DNA of 64,000 bases from UHGV virus genome UHGV-1378817; one strand, written 5' to 3'. This document shows, in pieces, positions 63,660-64,000 of the stretch. Below the pieces are notes generated by a model. It worked only from the letters and a program-made list of their open reading frames with translations, was not told the origin of the DNA and did no database searches. This DNA comes from a virus. Numbering within the stretch: position 1 is the stretch's first letter; each line of letters begins with the position of its first letter. The position numbers and the translations under genes were made by a program.

Positions 63660-63905
63660 TTATTTGACGATACCGACAAAACAGATCCCGCCTTCCCCTA
63701 TATAGGCAATATCGGTAATTTTATAATTTGTCAAGATCCGCGTGTTCAGATCATTAATAAAATCGGTCATCGCGTTGGTGTAGTTGTCTTCCGTGTCTAA
63801 GGCATAATCCCAGGTGTAAACCTTTTTACGTCCGAAGCCTTTTACCATGATACGGGCGCTTTTGGTGTTGGTAGGGGCATAATATTTAGTGATTAGTGCT
63901 GCCAT
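63660..63905 (-). CDS. hypothetical protein
   Basis: 81 aa ORF preceded by copy 2 of the conserved intergenic element. Confidence 0.4.
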   Translation of the reverse strand: MAALITKYYAPTNTKSARIMVKGFGRKKVYTWDYALDTEDNYTNAMTDFINDLNTRILTNYKITDIAYIGEGGICFVGIVK

Positions 63906-63960
63906 GGTTTTAACTCCTATGCATTAGTTCAGTGTTAACAGTATAAAGTTTACTTTATTG

Positions 63961-64000
63961 ATGGCCCTAAAGTCAAGGCCATCTAAAAATAATCTTACTC
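63961..64000. repeat. conserved intergenic element, copy 2
   Basis: 37/40 identical to 60241-60280, including GATGGCC/GGCCATC hairpin and TTGACT. Confidence 0.6.

Noticed and set aside
1-64000. Prophage/lysogeny module or transposable element
   Set aside because: No integrase, recombinase, CI/Cro-type repressor pair or transposase motifs seen; gene content is that of a virulent phage

Overview
This window reads as part of a virulent tailed dsDNA phage genome of an enterobacterial-type host (about 40% GC, sigma70-like TTGACA/TATAAT promoters, E. coli-like Shine-Dalgarno sites); no integrase or repressor/lysogeny module was seen. No database search or folding was possible, so every call rests on motifs read by eye and on gene context.

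Layout, left to right:
- 1-9647 (minus): virion morphogenesis block — partial tail-side gene, connector-region ORFs, major capsid candidate with a strong terminator, scaffold-like gene, portal, large terminase.
- 9647-10329 (minus): Rz/Rz1-like spanin pair.
- 10751-11563 (minus): seven tRNA-like genes (Pro, Met, Thr, Ser, Tyr, Arg plus one atypical ~99-nt element).
- 11660-15474 (minus): small genes interleaved with two GC-rich ORF-poor segments (candidate structured RNAs), an array of four 17-bp palindromes, and a metallophosphoesterase plus a polynucleotide-kinase-like gene.
- 15593-41556 (plus): nucleic-acid metabolism block — RNA ligase-like enzyme, Sir2, ATP-dependent DNA ligase, lambda R-type endolysin, HNH endonuclease, C5 and N6 DNA methyltransferases, flap endonuclease, RuvC-like and endonuclease VII-like nucleases, DnaQ-like exonuclease, ThyX, NrdA/NrdB/glutaredoxin/NrdD/NrdG, PhoH, a ClpP-like protease.
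- 41553-53550 (plus): long run of small genes, including at least two paralogous families and a ribosome hibernation factor (HPF/RaiA) homolog.
- 53551-55995: ORF-poor region with iteron-like 15-bp-periodic repeats, an element bounded by 18-bp inverted repeats, and dispersed short repeats.
- 55996-63905 (minus): block of small, individually promoted genes of unknown function.

The most promising candidates for undescribed biology are the three-gene RNA healing/sealing set beside the tRNA cluster, the two GC-rich candidate RNAs with the palindrome array, the diversified small-protein paralog array, the phage HPF, and the repeat-rich non-coding hub.
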